Assembly (NCBI GenBank): GCA_951406725.2
Contig: OX597828.1
Span: 58,404,001-58,468,000, forward strand
Source: Octopus vulgaris
Taxonomy: Eukaryota
Length of the DNA stretch: 64,000 bases
Direction: 5' to 3'
The notes under the pieces: model-generated
The model's input: the letters and a program-made list of their open reading frames with translations, nothing else
What the model was told of the DNA's origin: nothing
Databases searched by the model: none
Made by a program: the position numbers and the translations under genes
In this document: piece by piece, positions 1 through 13,365 of the stretch
Numbering within the stretch: the stretch's first letter is position 1
Layout of the letters: the number at the start of each line of letters is the position of its first letter

Positions 1-2229
1 ATGACTCCACCCGACACTGCCATTTCGCAGACTGATGACTGAGGATGACATCAAGTGGCATCTAGTGGCAGAAACCTGAACTACAACAGGCTTGTCCCAC
101 ACAGAATGTTTCTGGTTACTTTTGGATACCCCCTTGTACATGTTTCCAAGTAAGGTAATATTTCCCCCATGGCCAGACATGTTTTACATGGTAAATTGAC
201 AGTGGGGGACATTCATTTACAACTATAATGTGATGTCAAGATAAGGAGGCATTAACTATTGTGCGTGCACACACACACACACACGCACACACACACATGC
301 ATATGATGGGCTTCTTTCAGTCTCTGTCTACCAAATTCCCTCAGAAGGCTTTGGTTGGGCTAATGTTGTGGTAGAAGACACTTGCCCAAAATACCATGTA
401 GTGGGACTGAAAACTGAACCCGAAACCATATTCATCAAAATCTATTTTGGTATTGGATTTGTATCTTAAACATTGATCTATGAAATGGTGTTTCACTTTG
501 TGGATGACTGCTGTATGATATTAGTTACATAATCGTCTTCATCATTTTGACATCAATATATAAATATATAGAAAAGTTTATAGAACATTTCAAATAAACT
601 CTTGATATAGATATTATTAAATTGACATAATTAATCTTAAATGAGTGTGGACTGCCAGTACAATGCCGAAAAATTATTAATTGGATATGATAGTATCTTA
701 GATGACATCTGAAAAGAATATTCATCTTTTAAAATGCTAAGGAAATTTCACCGTTGCATTCTGTATACTGTATTTTTTTGCATTCTAGTCAACGTAGTAT
801 ATAGTATAAATGTGTAGTGTGAACATTCAAACATCATCTCTATCTTTCCAAATCCTGCTGCATTTCACATGAAATTTATGCTCCTCCACAGCTGCCTTGA
901 TGTATTAATCAACCTACTTTTTTTCTGGCTGTAAATTTTTGTCTGAGAAATTCAACTTGTATGCTAGAAAATATGATAAGCTAACACACAATATTTTGCA
1001 AAGTTCAATGGTGAAGTCTGTCAGTTATAGAATGTAAAATTAATGGGAAACTTGGTTTCCAAACTTGAAGTGACTGGGAATTTGACAAACTGGTCTGACT
1101 ACATTGTGCATACATAAAAACCTATATTAAACAGAAGATGATTGCCTGATGTTGATTTTTGACCTTTCATTATACAGTATTATTGATATTAATATATTAA
1201 TTGAATCTATATTCCCGTCTCAAATACAGCCAAGTTTTTTTTTAAATCAATAGCTAAGTAGTACTGTTGTGAGCAAAGAAGCATGAATTCTAGAGCTGAC
1301 TTTTTCTAATTTTTTTTTACTCTATTCAGTATTTTTCTTATTAAAGAGAAATTTGACATTTTAATAAATTTATTTTCCAAAAATTTCTACAGGAGAATGC
1401 ATCCACTCTAAACTTTTTTTCTCCAACTCTTGATCTAATACACACACACATACACACATCTTTGTCAGGAAGACAAGGCTGTGTGGTTAGGAAGTTAGCA
1501 TTACAACTATGTAGTTTTCGTTTAGATCAACTGTGCAATACCTTGTGCAGATGTCTTCCACTGTGCCTTAAGGCCGACCATTATCTTGTGATTGGAAATT
1601 GATCACCAGAAACTCTGTGTGTGTATGTGTTTTTGCCAATATATATTGGCAAAGGATGTAACCATTATTAAAAAAGCCAAATAACATTCTCTTGTTATTC
1701 GCTCCAAAAGAAATGTAATGAATCAGTGATATCGTCATTTAACGTCCGTTTTCCATGCTGGCATGGGTTGGACAGTTTGACCAGAACTGGCAAGCAGTAG
1801 AATTGCACCAGGTTCCATGGTTTCTATGGCTGGTTGCCCTTCCCCACGCTAACCTCTTTACAGTGTGTGCTGGGTGCTTATTACATGGTACTGGCATAGG
1901 TGCTTTTACATAGTGCCTGCACAAGTGCTTTTTATGTGGTACTGGTTATAGAGCTCTTACAGGCCAATCCTCTTCAGAAAGGGGAGGATGAGATAGGTAA
2001 ATAAATAGATGAATAAATTAATAAAACCTTTCACAATAGAAATGGAAATCTTTTACTTGACTTGTTTACAATAGACTTTTTTTGTTTCATTGCTAATGTA
2101 GTTAATTTTAGAGTTGGGTTTCTCTAAATTTAGCACTTCTTGGAGTAGTTGCTAAGATAAATGTTACAGCGATGCAGTGTGACAAAAGAAAGGCTTGGTA
2201 TTTTAGTTTTGTGACACTTTTTGACAGTA

Positions 2230-2604
2230 GGTGCAGGAGTGGCTGTGTGGTAAGTGGTTTGCTTACCAACCACATGGTCATGGGTTCAGTCCCACTGCAT
2301 GGCACCTTGGGCAAGTGTCTCCTACTATAGCCTCGGGCCAACCAAAACCTTGAGTGGATTTGGTAGATGGAAACTGGAAGAAGCCTGTTGTGTGTGTGTG
2401 TGTATGCTTGTGTGTCTGTGTTTGTCCCCCCAACATCGTTTGACAACCGATGCTGGTGTGCTTATGTCTCCGGTTCGGCAAAAGAAACTGATAGAATAAG
2501 TACTAGCCTTACAAACAATAAGCTCTGGCGTCGATTTGCTCAGCTAAAGGCGGTACTCCAGCATGGCCGCAGTCAAATGACTGAAACAAGTAAAAGAATA
2601 AAAG
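2230..2604 (+). mobile_element. tRNA-derived SINE, family A, full length
   Basis: A/B-box-like head (TGGCTGTGTGG, GGTTCAGTCCC), internal (GT)n, 3' end ...CAGTCAAATGACTGAAACAAGTAAAAGA. Other copies or fragments near 300-420, 1475-1630, 6225-6372, 8705-9060, 14435-14840, 16195-16510, 24221-24868, 40455-40600, 49225-49350, 56740-56880, 57620-57815 and 58115-58230. Confidence 0.9.
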
Positions 2605-3930
2605 TAGTTACAGAATAATTTAAACATTGTTGAAGTTGAACCAAAGCCTTTTTGAGATTCAAAAGACATGGGTAAGAATTTGAATACAACTGCTTCAAAT
2701 TATTTCTATATTTGCATTATCGTAATGAGACCTATGTCCTTTCTTTCATTAAAATAGCTAGAAAATTGTTAATTACAAAATCTATTTTAGTGACAAAACC
2801 TGGGGAAATAATTATCACTGAAGATATTTAATAAAATCTGTGATGAGTTGGTGGCTCTTACATCATCATTTAATGTGTGTGTTTCATGCTGGCATGGGTT
2901 GGTTAGTTGGTTTGACAGCATCTTACAAGTCAAAGGATTCTGCCAAGCTCTATGCTTCGGCATGGTTTCCTAACACCAACCCTTTTTACAGAATATACTG
3001 GGTGTTTTTCTACACGGCAGTGGCACCAGTGAAGTCACCAAGAAACTCGCAAGACAAGATTCCTCAACTTGGTTGGGTACAGTATTGAAGAAGATGGCTT
3101 TATGTGAGGTAATGAGAGGTTAAAGTATGACAGAGGGACAGAAACAGGCATCTTGCTGTACAAGAGGTACATGTTTACTCCGGTTGGAAAAGAGAGATGG
3201 TCGTGAAGACATCTCATGGGTGACCTTACATAAATTTGTGACGGAAGTTCTAATTTTGCCATGAGGGGCAGAAGTTTTCGCACTCTGGTTACCTCTTTCT
3301 ACTACAGCTATCAGCAACCAGAATCTGCAGACTCACAGAAATAGACTGGATTATGGAAAGAATAAAACATACCTTAATTGCCACACTATGTCACCATACA
3401 ATTAACCACTGCATGTCAGTGCATGCAGTATGGATGCCCAGCTTGGTGAACACATAACTGGAACAATAGTTTTGTGGGATGCACCTAATCTTTCAGCTGA
3501 CTACCTGTTGTCTATTACAGGTGTTTTCAGAGCTACTTTAGACCTCAGAAGATTTTACCATAGTCACCTGAACTGAAAGATTGCTGTTGCTTTGTTGTCA
3601 AGGTTGTTTTAATGGAAGTTTTATATTATAACTAGAGTTGAAGTAGCAGAAGAACTTTGGCTTCAATTGACTTCAGATTTGAAACCAGTGGGAAGAACTC
3701 GGCTATGAGGACTTTGCCTTGGCCAAGTTTGTTTTGAGTAATCTTCCATTCCACTTGGTTCTATTGTTCTACATTGGAAATGCTGCTCCACTGGAAACCC
3801 ATCATTGTTATCAACAGGTGTTACAAATTATATTCACCAATACATCATTATTAGCATTATATCTAACAACTGTTTGTAATCTGCTGATATGAATCGGTTA
3901 GGTTTACAATTTATAGCATATTAACATATA

Positions 3931-4326
3931 TCTTTTATATTTCACTTGATGCAGTCATTAGACTGTGGTCATACTGGAGTACGGCTTTGAATTTCTTTCT
4001 TTTTTGTTTTTTTTAGTTGAATGAATCAACCCCAGTGCTTTAATTTTTAAAGCCTGCTACTTATTCTATTAATCTCTTTTGCGGAACTGTTAGGTTATGG
4101 GGATGTAAACACACCAACACCAGTTGTCAAGTAGTGATGGGGGACAAACACAAAGACACACACACACACACACAGCTTCTTTCAGTTTCCGTCTACCAAA
4201 TCCACTTACAAGGCTTTGGTCAGCCCAAGGCTGTAGTAGAAGATACCTGCCCAAGGTGTCACACAGGGGGACTGAATCCGGAACCATGTGGTTAGGAAGC
4301 AAGCTTCTTACCACACAGCCACACCT
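3931..4326 (-). mobile_element. SINE family A
   Basis: Reverse-complement copy of 2230-2604. Confidence 0.88.
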
Positions 4327-5671
4327 TCACCTATATATTTTAGTTGTGTGTTATTTTATTTGTTAGATTGTATGTTATTTAACTGAATTAATTTATCTCA
4401 TCTCTGGACATATATATTATTTTGTGTAGTTTTCTCTTTAAATTGATGGTATAGTTCCACCCAGCATATATTATTCTATTGAGCAATATCCATACCATTT
4501 GGACAGAACAGAGAGATCCTTGGAAACCTGTGAACTACTAATTTTGTATTGGAGACTAGGTCATGAATTAGAATTTTGACTGTAGATATAGCTAATCCTG
4601 TGTCATTTTAATAATTCAAAGTAGGTCACATATGGCTCCCTCTTAAAGCCTATGGCATTATTTTTTTATTTAACTTACCGTTTCATAATTTTTTTTTCTA
4701 CCAGACTATTCATGTATTCATAAATTCTCCTTCTCTCAGCAAATATTGCTCATGGAATTTTGATAAATGCTTTCCAAGGTCAATACTTGCAGCATTCAAT
4801 TTTAATATTTTTTTTTGTAGCTTGTTTGCAATGTTTTAGTTTCTTTACATTAAATTGAACACTCACAAACTCAATCATAGTTATGTGATTGCTAATCTCT
4901 CTCTCTCTTTGTTTTTCAATCGACATACTAAGATTAGCTGGATACCACTCTCTTAATATCTTGTTTGTATTTTGGCATTAATATCCTGTGTTTTTTGGCT
5001 CATTTGCATATTCTTAATTCCTCCGAATTAAGATGGTTGTCAGGAATGTGACACTATTAAAACTATAATGTCAGGCTTTTCAGTGGCATGACAAAGTTAG
5101 TAAAGGAGATAGAATAAGAGTTACTCTCAGATAGAACTGTAGTATCCATGAGGTCTTTAGGATTAATAAGGTAGTTATTTAGTTTATATTGCTATTGGGC
5201 AGTCTGGGCAATATGTTTAGTATGAGTTGTAAGATGATAAGAGAAGCAAGTACATCAGTTGTGAAGCAATGGAAATGGAAACGGAAACAGGATCCATGGC
5301 AGTTGGCTTCATCTTTGTCAAGTTGGACAGCATTTAAAAACTTGATATACTCTAAAATGTCACTGAGTAGTATTCTGGTGTGGTGTGTGTGTGTATATAT
5401 ATAATAACAAAATAATAAATGAAACATATGCATATAAACATACATATATGTACATGCCTACATCTATATGTATATATACATGCATATGTGGTTACAGGAC
5501 ACCAAAAAAAAATGTAGAACACAATGAGAAACGAAATCATAAAAACATATAAAAACAAAACCATGGAAACGGACTTTTTTCAAACAACATAAAAACAGAG
5601 TACAAGACATACAACACAAGGAATATTTCCCTTCTTCAGCTGCCCCTGCTTCAACTACTCCGTGCTATTTG

Positions 5672-5702
<31 letters not shown>

Positions 5703-5972
5703 GTTAGCTGATCAGAGCTGGAGTATTTTTCGAATCAAAGTGAAATTCTAACCTTTTTAATTTGGTTGTGGGAAGCTGTGAAATATGTAGTGTCTTTATC
5801 TGAAGTGTGTGCATGCATACGCACACACACAAAAAAAAGTCCAAACGATAGCTGCCATCACTTGCTAGCAAGTCCCTTGCATTCACTAATTGGTTTAGAT
5901 CCCTATATTGTTGTGATTAGATATTGACACCCTCTCAGTCCTCTGACACTTAACCCGGTGGAGTGTTTGAGG

Positions 5973-5992
5973 ATGCAGCAGCTAGAGAGAAG
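5973..5992 (+). CDS. OSBPL11: Candidate first coding exon (MQQLERR)
   Basis: ATG CAG CAG CTA GAG AGA AG followed by donor gtaaga. Phase 2 matches the acceptor at 10221 (AG+A = Arg). In-frame TGA upstream at 5925. Short and without homology support. Confidence 0.5.
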
Positions 5993-8446
5993 GTAAGAGC
6001 TGCACCAGCTACTAGCAGGTACTCATTTTCTACTAAGTAGATTGGTGCATGGTAAAATGAAGTGCCTGGCTCAACTATACAATATGTCATCCAGTGAAGT
6101 AATTGAATCTAACCTTATGTGGAGGTGCATGACCAAATGGTTTGGGGGTGTATTCTCTTATTCTTTTCAGTCATTTGACTGTGGCCATGCTGGGGCATCA
6201 CCTCAAAGAGTTTATGTTGAACAAATGTCCCCGTAACTTAGCGGTTAGGCAAAAGAGACTGATAGAATAAGTACTAGGCTTACAAAGAATAAGTCCTGGG
6301 GTCGATTTAGTTGACTAAAGGTGGTGCTCCAGCATGGCCACAGTCAAATGACTGAAACAAGTAAGAGAGTAAAAAAGTATAGACAAAACAATATGTTAGA
6401 TAAGCTGCTAAGATTGAATATTGAATGTTTAAATTTTAGTGGCATTGAGCAGATGAGAACTGTGCTGATAGGTTTCTGTAGACTGTTTAGAAGAAGATCT
6501 TAAGAGGGAAATGTCTATTGGAAAAGATAAAACAGACTTACCACAGCAAAGTTCAAGTAAGATAGACATTAAGGCCAAAGATGAAAGAATCAGTGTTAGA
6601 TAGTCTGACAAGCAGATAAGTTGTGTGTGTGTGTGTGTGTGTGTGTGCACGCACATGCATGAGCATGCATGCTTGATTGGAAAGCAATATTTAATGATTA
6701 CTTAGGATTACATTACTTCCTTAGCAAATAGCTAGCTTTTACTGATGTAATTTTAGTTTATCTTCATGGAACATATTGTTATAAGACAGTTAATCACTTT
6801 ACACATAGCAATGAAGTGATGCAAAAGTTGTCTTGTTTTGTAAACATATGATGAAATTAAGGATTATGAACTTAGTAGTACTAGAAATACAATTGGCTAG
6901 TGGCATCTATACTATAATAAAGCTGCTTAATATTAGTTATGAGCATGCAACTTTTATTAAAAGAAACTAGTTATTAAACTCTGCACTGTCTAGAGAATTC
7001 ATATAAATTCCAATATTAATATATATTTTTATCAAAACGTGGTTTTATGCTTCTTTTATTACTGAAAATTTCAAATGTGTGCTAACCAGGAAACTAATTC
7101 TTATTCACTCTTACATAGGTTTTTTTTTTTTTACTGTCTCACAGTAGTATCCCTTTTCTTCTATTTCCTTGCAACATTCTCTCTCTCTCTCTCTTTCCAC
7201 ATTTTCATTGTTTACAGCTTCTATTTCTGTTAGTCTTTCTATTTCTCTGTCCTTATAACATTTTTCTCTCTCATTCTTATCCTCAGCAATATTTTTTTAA
7301 TGTCTTTCTCCTTTCAGTCTTTGTCTTACTTTCTTTCCTTACAATAATCTCTCTCTCCTCTATATTGCTATTAATTCAATCGTTTTCATTAAAAATAAGT
7401 GATTACAAAGTTTTACTTTGAGATTATTTATAAACATTTTTGTGAATATTTTTATACTATATTTATCATATCAAAATTACTTAAAAATTTTTCATTTCGA
7501 ATTTCATATATATATATATATTAGCAGACATGCACATTACAGCAGTTTTGTACAAGCAAACATGACATACACTATCAGATAACCATGAGAGGGCAGTTTT
7601 CTGTTTGTATTGTAAATAATGCCAGGAAATGTGGTCATAGTAACCTAAGATAGTTGAAACTGTGATATTGGTTATAGATTAAATAGACCATTTAATCTAT
7701 GCCAACATGATAAAATAGCTGTTTTTCCCTCAATATTTTATGGACAATTGAGGCCAGATAAACATTTAATTTGTTGTTTCTCTTGTTATAAAGGAATTTA
7801 GTCTCAAAGAAGCTTTTTTTTTATGTGTAAAAATCAGTTTTGTTTTTTATACTTCTTGTTTTTGTTTTATTAAGTAAATTATTAATAACGAGCGAAGTAA
7901 TTTTTTTTCTCTCTCGTTTGTTATTGGCTTATGAAGTAAAATAGCTGCTGCCCGAACAGATGGAGTAGTTTGGAAAGATGCCATAGTTGTCTTTGAAATT
8001 GGTTTCAGTGGAACAATCATATTGATTGTTTTTTATTGTTACTATTCTGTCTTTTAGAATATGGACATCAGGGATAAAACTGTTCTGAGAAGACTTTCTC
8101 TTTTTGACCTATGAAAGTATTAAGTTACAAAGTCAATGATTCTCTTGTAAAACCAACATTTTGTGATATGCACTGTAATCAACTAAAATGAATATTTTGT
8201 TGTTACTTTAAATGGCTTATCTGAAAGCAAAGGATGCAGTTTAATATTTTATGTTTTCTTCAGTTATTTTAGGGTCAGCCTATTATTTTTTTTTTTAAGC
8301 AAAGCATTTTAATGCAGTTTCATTTTATTTGTGATTTTTATTATCTCCTTTCTCTGAACACCAAAACCATTTTACGAAGAGTGTGAACCGTAAAACAAAT
8401 CAAACCTAGAAATATCACTGTATTTTATTGACATTGAGAAAATTAA

Positions 8447-8666
8447 CCCTTTAGTGTTTAAACCGGCCATACCCGGCCAAAATATTCTACCTATTTTATG
8501 TTCAAACTAGTCAGATATGGTCATTCATAGCTACCTTATTGTGTCATTTTAAAAATAAACAATCACATCATTGAAATCTCAAAGCCATGAAATGATGCAA
8601 GATTAATTTTACATGGTGTGAATTCATAAGCTTTACATTTGACAGAATAATCTGAATGCTAAAGGG
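8447..8666. mobile_element. piggyBac-type MITE (TTAA TSD)
   Basis: TTAA-CCCTTTAG...CTAAAGGG-TTAA, 220 bp, non-coding. Confidence 0.85.
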
Positions 8667-10220
8667 TTAAAGACTTTTTTTAATCTTTTTTTTTTTTTTT
8701 TTATGTCTCTGTATTGTGGCCATGCTGGTGCACCACATTCAAGGACTTTAATTGAAGAAATTGACCCCAGTACTTATTAGTTTTAAATCTGGTACTTATT
8801 CTGTTGGTCTCTTTTGTAGGGACATAAACAAAACAACACCAGTTGTCAAGTGGCAATGGTGGTAGGGACAGGCACAAAGACATCCAATCGCACACACAAA
8901 CAAACAGAATAGTTTCCTTTCACTTTCCATCTCTGAAATCCTCTCACAAACCTTTGGTCAGCCCTGTGTTATAGTAGAAGACATTTGCCCAAGGTGCCAC
9001 ACAGTAGATCTGAACCAGGAACCATGTGGTTAGGAAGCAAAATCTCTTATCACACACCTGCACCTTGGTTATGATTTGAAATTAGGTCAAAACTCTGCTT
9101 CTCTCAGCCACCTTTGATGTCTCTTTATCATAAATGGTTCATCTTTGGTTTCTTTATATTAAACAAATGAAAAATACTTTTGTGTGTGTGAAGCATTGAT
9201 ACAGAGGGAAGTTTTAGTTTATAGCCATCTTTATATCTTAACGTATATACATTGTTGAAAGGCAATTTACTCAGTATTCGTCCAGAGACAACATTTGTTA
9301 TGGATGTTACTGAGGATGAAATGCATCTGGATTTCATCATCATCGTTTAACGTCTGCTTTCCATGCTAGCATGGGTTGGATGAATGACTGAGGGCTGGCA
9401 AGCCAGATGGCTGCACCAGGCTCCAATCTTGATCTGGCAGAGTTTCTACAGCTGGACGCCCTTCCTAACACCAACCACTCTGAGAGTGTAGTGGGTGCTT
9501 TTACGTGCCAGTCAGGCGGTACTGGCAACGACCTCGCTCGAATCCTTTACACATGCCACCAGCACATGTGCCAGTAAGACGATGCTGGTAACGATCATGC
9601 TCGAATGGCGTCTTTTACGTGCCACTGGCATGGAGGCCAGATAGCCGCTCTGGTAACGATCACACTTGGATGGTGCTCTTAATACCCTACTAGAACAGGG
9701 CTCGAGTGCCAGTAAGGTGATGCTGGTAACGATTTATGTATATGAAATTGAAAGAAATAACTGATTTAATGCCAGTGTATTATTGGTAGAAATGTCAGCA
9801 AGGAATGTATTAGTCAGAAGTTCCAGTTCCACCGAGAGTGATTCTGACATGAAAATGACTTTGAAGTTGTTTATATACTTTTGGGGTTATTTTTCTACTT
9901 TTATATAAAGCAGTTGTGGACATGAATGCAACTAGGTCTTTTTATTCTTTTATGGTTTACTTGAAGCATTTTTTTTGTAAATATTGCTAAGGGATGGTGA
10001 AAATCACATCCGGAACTTATTAAAGACTGAAAGTTTGAATAAATGTATGTGATAGTGTTTATATATCTTCCTTGTATTCTTGTATTAGCCTCTCTGTCTT
10101 TGTAAGCCATTAAAAAACAAAAATAAATGATACAAATATGTTGTGATAATTTTTTTCTGTATATCAGTTTCAGCAAATCACTAAATATTCCTTCTTTTTT
10201 CTTCTCTCTCTCCTTTCTAG

Positions 10221-10326
10221 ACAACCAATGGAAGGTCAATTGAATAAATATACTAATGTGATGAAAGGATGGCAGTTCCGATGGTTTTCACTCGATCCAG
10301 AGTCTGGTTACCTGGAATATTTTGAG
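10221..10326 (+). CDS. OSBPL11: Exon 2, PH domain start ([35 protein letters not shown])
   Basis: Polypyrimidine tract + tag acceptor, gtgagt donor, canonical ORP PH-domain motif. Confidence 0.95.
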
Positions 10327-11073
10327 GTGAGTTTTTCTTTTCTATTTTTGTCTCCTTTCTTCCACAATATAAGAATTTTTACTTTGTATATTTTTAAGAA
10401 TTTTTGACCCAGATATTTACAGATGTAGTGTCATCATTTAAATGTTTGGTTTTTTTTTCACACTAGCATCTATTGATTAGGTGTGAATGGTTTGTATCAG
10501 TTTTGACAAATGTTTGTTTATCTGATGAATAGAATTTGCCTGGCTCTGTCAATTACGATGACAAGTGTTCCAGTTGATTCAGTCTATGGAACAGCCTGTT
10601 CGTGGAATTAGCCAAGCAGCACTCCACAGACACTTAACATAGTTCTCAGGGAGACACAGAGTGTGACAAGGCTGGTTTCTACAGCTAGATGCCCTTCCTA
10701 ATGCCAACCACTTTAGAGAGTGCACCAGGTGCTTTTCATGTGGCAACAGTGAGGTTACCAAGTAACTTTCAAGGCAAGACCCTCAATTGAGCGGGCAGTA
10801 GTGTTGAGGGCAGAAAAATGGTGTTTCGCAGTAGAGGAGAAACACAGCTACATTAGAACTTTCCATGCGAATTGCACCCGTAATATATTTGGTCTCCAGT
10901 CCAACATGAAGTCAAAAAGATTAAAACTCAGTGTACTGGCGTGCCTTGATTAGACCGCATCTGTTTTTAGTGAAATGCTAAGTCATACTACATATTCTCG
11001 TACTCTTAGCAAAAAGCTTTCTGAGAGGTAAATTCTCAAGAATAACCAATTTTTCAAATCTATTTAATTTCAG

Positions 11074-11121
11074 AAAGAGGAACACAAGAAACAAAGACCA
11101 AGAGGGGCCCTACATCTTGCA
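11074..11121 (+). CDS. OSBPL11: Exon 3 (KEEHKKQRPRGALHLA)
   Basis: tttcag acceptor, gtaagt donor, phase 0-0, PRG motif of ORP PH domains. Confidence 0.92.
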
Positions 11122-11150
11122 GTAAGTTTATGATATTGACTGTTACTTAA

Positions 11151-11370
11151 CCCTTTAGCATTCATAGTACTTCATCGCACATAATGCTTATTCATTCAGT
11201 TGTTTTGAATTGATCATGCGTCATCTCGTAGCCTTTCAAATTTCGAGGATGTGTTTGTTTACTTTTAGACTGACACTGCAGGATAGTTGTGAGAGGTCTG
11301 ATTTGGTCAGTTGGAACACAAAGCAAGTAGAATATTTAGGCCGGCTATGGCCAGTTTCAATGCTAATGGC
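11151..11370. mobile_element. piggyBac-type MITE, opposite orientation, 30 nt downstream of exon 3
   Basis: TTAA flanks, CCCTTTAGCA terminus; interior is the reverse complement of 8447-8666. Further copies at 21266-21482 and (partial) 62376-62535. Confidence 0.8.
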
Positions 11371-11763
11371 TTAAATAAGTTTTTAGTAATATTATTTTTA
11401 GGAAATAATTTACTCTTTTTCTTTAAAAGCAAAATAATTTCTCTTGCTTGTTAATTCAGAGTTTATTTCTTCTCATCATTTTGAAACTGGAAATTCCAAA
11501 TTTGTAATTTTTTTCTTAATTTACAATCATTGTTGCCATTGTTTTTAAGTCCATTTTTTCCATGCCAGCATAGATTGGATGAGACTTCTTAAGGCTGTAT
11601 TCTATGCCCAGATGCCCTTCCTGATACTAATCCTTGCTTTGTTTAAAGTAAAGTACTTTATTTCACATCTTAGCAAGTCGAATCAACCACTGCTAAACAT
11701 AAGCATCACTGTCAGCCAATCACTTTCAATGCAAAGCACACAAAGAGGATGTAATACACTTAC

Positions 11764-11764
<1 letters not shown>

Positions 11765-11835
<71 letters not shown>
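11765..11835. repeat. (TA)n/(TAGA)n microsatellite
   Basis: Read directly; one of many (TA)n, (CA)n and (CT)n tracts in the window. Confidence 0.95.
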
Positions 11836-11837
<2 letters not shown>

Positions 11838-12225
11838 CGAGCAAAACGCCCCCCGTTCAATGGACGGTGCTGAGTTGTCAAACATTTAAACCAAATTTTC
11901 TCAAAACAACTTGTCCGGCCGTCCCATAGGCCTCCCCTTTGAGAAACACTGATTTAACCTAAATTTGAGACACCAGCAAAAGAAGAAATAAAGATAAACT
12001 TTTTTTCTATTCCAAGAAAAACGATTTTACAAATGCACGTTCCCACGGCTTTATCGATCGCATTCTCACCTGGAATTGATTTTTGTAATTTTTTCAAGAC
12101 TTATACATGCCCTGATACCGTCGGTATCTACATATCAAATTTGAGCGCAATCGGATGGAGGATGCCCGAGATCCTAGAAGACACACACACACAGACAGAC
12201 AGAATGGATTTTATACAAGATATAT
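11836..12225 (-). mobile_element. Probable non-autonomous Helitron-like element
   Basis: Internal (ACAG)/(AC) microsatellite near one end, short GC hairpin (CCGTTCAATGGACGG) and CTCGT (CTRR-like) at the other, inserted in TA repeats, CpG-rich relative to flanks. Confidence 0.45.
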
Positions 12226-12607
12226 ATATATATGACAGACCTCTGTACAGTTTCCATCTACCAAATTTCACTCTCAAAGCATTGGTCAATCTGAGACTTC
12301 AAAGAAATTTATTTGCCTAAGGTGCCATATAGTGAGTTTGGAAGAATTACATAGTTGCAAAGTAAACTTTTTAACCACACAATTATGCCTGTTACAACGT
12401 AATTAATTTATTCAACAAGGCATTCACAGTTTAGCATTTTAATTTTCAACAGTTTATTATATTTTGATTGTCATTTTTTCTGCTTGATCTATTTTAATAT
12501 GAAAAAATTTTTTAAAAACTTATCCCGCATCTTCCTGAGTCTTTCCCTTCCACACATTATTATATTTTCAAATAATAATCTAATATTGTTGTTCAAAATT
12601 CTTCCAG

Positions 12608-12689
12608 GGAGCTGTTATAAGCCCATCAGATGAAGATTCACAAACTTTCATTGTACACGCAGCAAATGGTGAATTGTATCGACTAAAAG
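12608..12689 (+). CDS. OSBPL11: Exon 4 (GAVISPSDEDSQTFIVHAANGELYRLK)
   Basis: ttccag acceptor, gtgagc donor; GAVISPSDEDS is typical of ORP10/11. Confidence 0.95.
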
Positions 12690-13133
12690 GTGAGCACATG
12701 CAAAGGTTCTTCACATTAATAGTTGGCTCCTCTTGCTCTAGACATACTTGGTTGGCAAACCAAAATGAAATGTCTATTTTTTTGTATGTCTTTAGTATAT
12801 TTCTGTAACCCGAAGACATCTAGTATAATGCTTAAAAATGTTGCATTCAAATCTTCAAGCTCATCATCATCATCATCAACATTTAATGTCTGCTTTCCAT
12901 GCTGGTATGGGTTGGATGGCATGACGGGAACTAGCAAGGCCACGGCCACACCAGACTCCAAAGTCCGTTTTGGCTTGGTTTCCGCGGCTGGAAACCATTC
13001 CTAATACCAACCACTCCCCAGTGTGTGCTGGGTGTTTTTTTACATGGCACCAGCACTAGTGCTTTTTACCTGGCACCAATACCCACACCAATGCTTTTTA
13101 TATGGTACATTGGTTTTTTTCACACACTATGAA

Positions 13134-13365
13134 GGCGGAGAGCTGGCAGAGTGGTTAGCACACCGGGCAAAATGCTTAGTGGTATTTCGTCTGCTGTTAC
13201 GTTCTGAGTTCAAATTCTGCCGAGGTCGACTTTGCCTTTCATCCTTTCGGGGTCGATAAATTAAGTACCAGTTACGCACTGGGGTCGATGTAATCGACTT
13301 AATCCATTTGTCTGTCCTTGTTTGTCCCCTCTATGTTTAGCCCCTTGTGGGCAATAAAGAAATAA
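13134..13365 (+). mobile_element. tRNA-derived SINE, family B (Nin/Deu-like central domain)
   Basis: GGCGGAGAGCTGGCAGA head, B box GAGTTCAAATTC, GCCTTTCATCCTTTCGGGGTCGATAAATTAAGTACCAG core; near-identical copies elsewhere in the window. Confidence 0.9.

Noticed and set aside
28-82. CTGATGA...GAAAC at the window start
   Set aside because: No convincing stem II or stem I/III pairing around the core.
805-985. Similarity to 36790-36945 as a conserved regulatory duplicate
   Set aside because: More simply explained as two old copies of a dispersed DNA-transposon (possibly pogo/Tigger-like) end; too decayed to annotate.
2108-2618. Recurrent similar short ORFs (e.g. AVLQHGRSQMTETSKR, FLQLDALPNANH, RLPNPLTRLWSA) across the window as a peptide family
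   Set aside because: All are translations of SINE or LINE-UTR copies in varying frames.
5189-5404. 71-aa ORF as first coding exon of the ORP gene
   Set aside because: No convincing phase-2 donor was found and the frame runs into a (GT)/(TA) microsatellite. The 5973-5992 exon fits better, though an alternative 5' exon is not excluded.
5625-5670. Minus-strand CTGAAGA followed by a short hairpin in a dispersed repeat
   Set aside because: No correctly placed GAAA in this copy.
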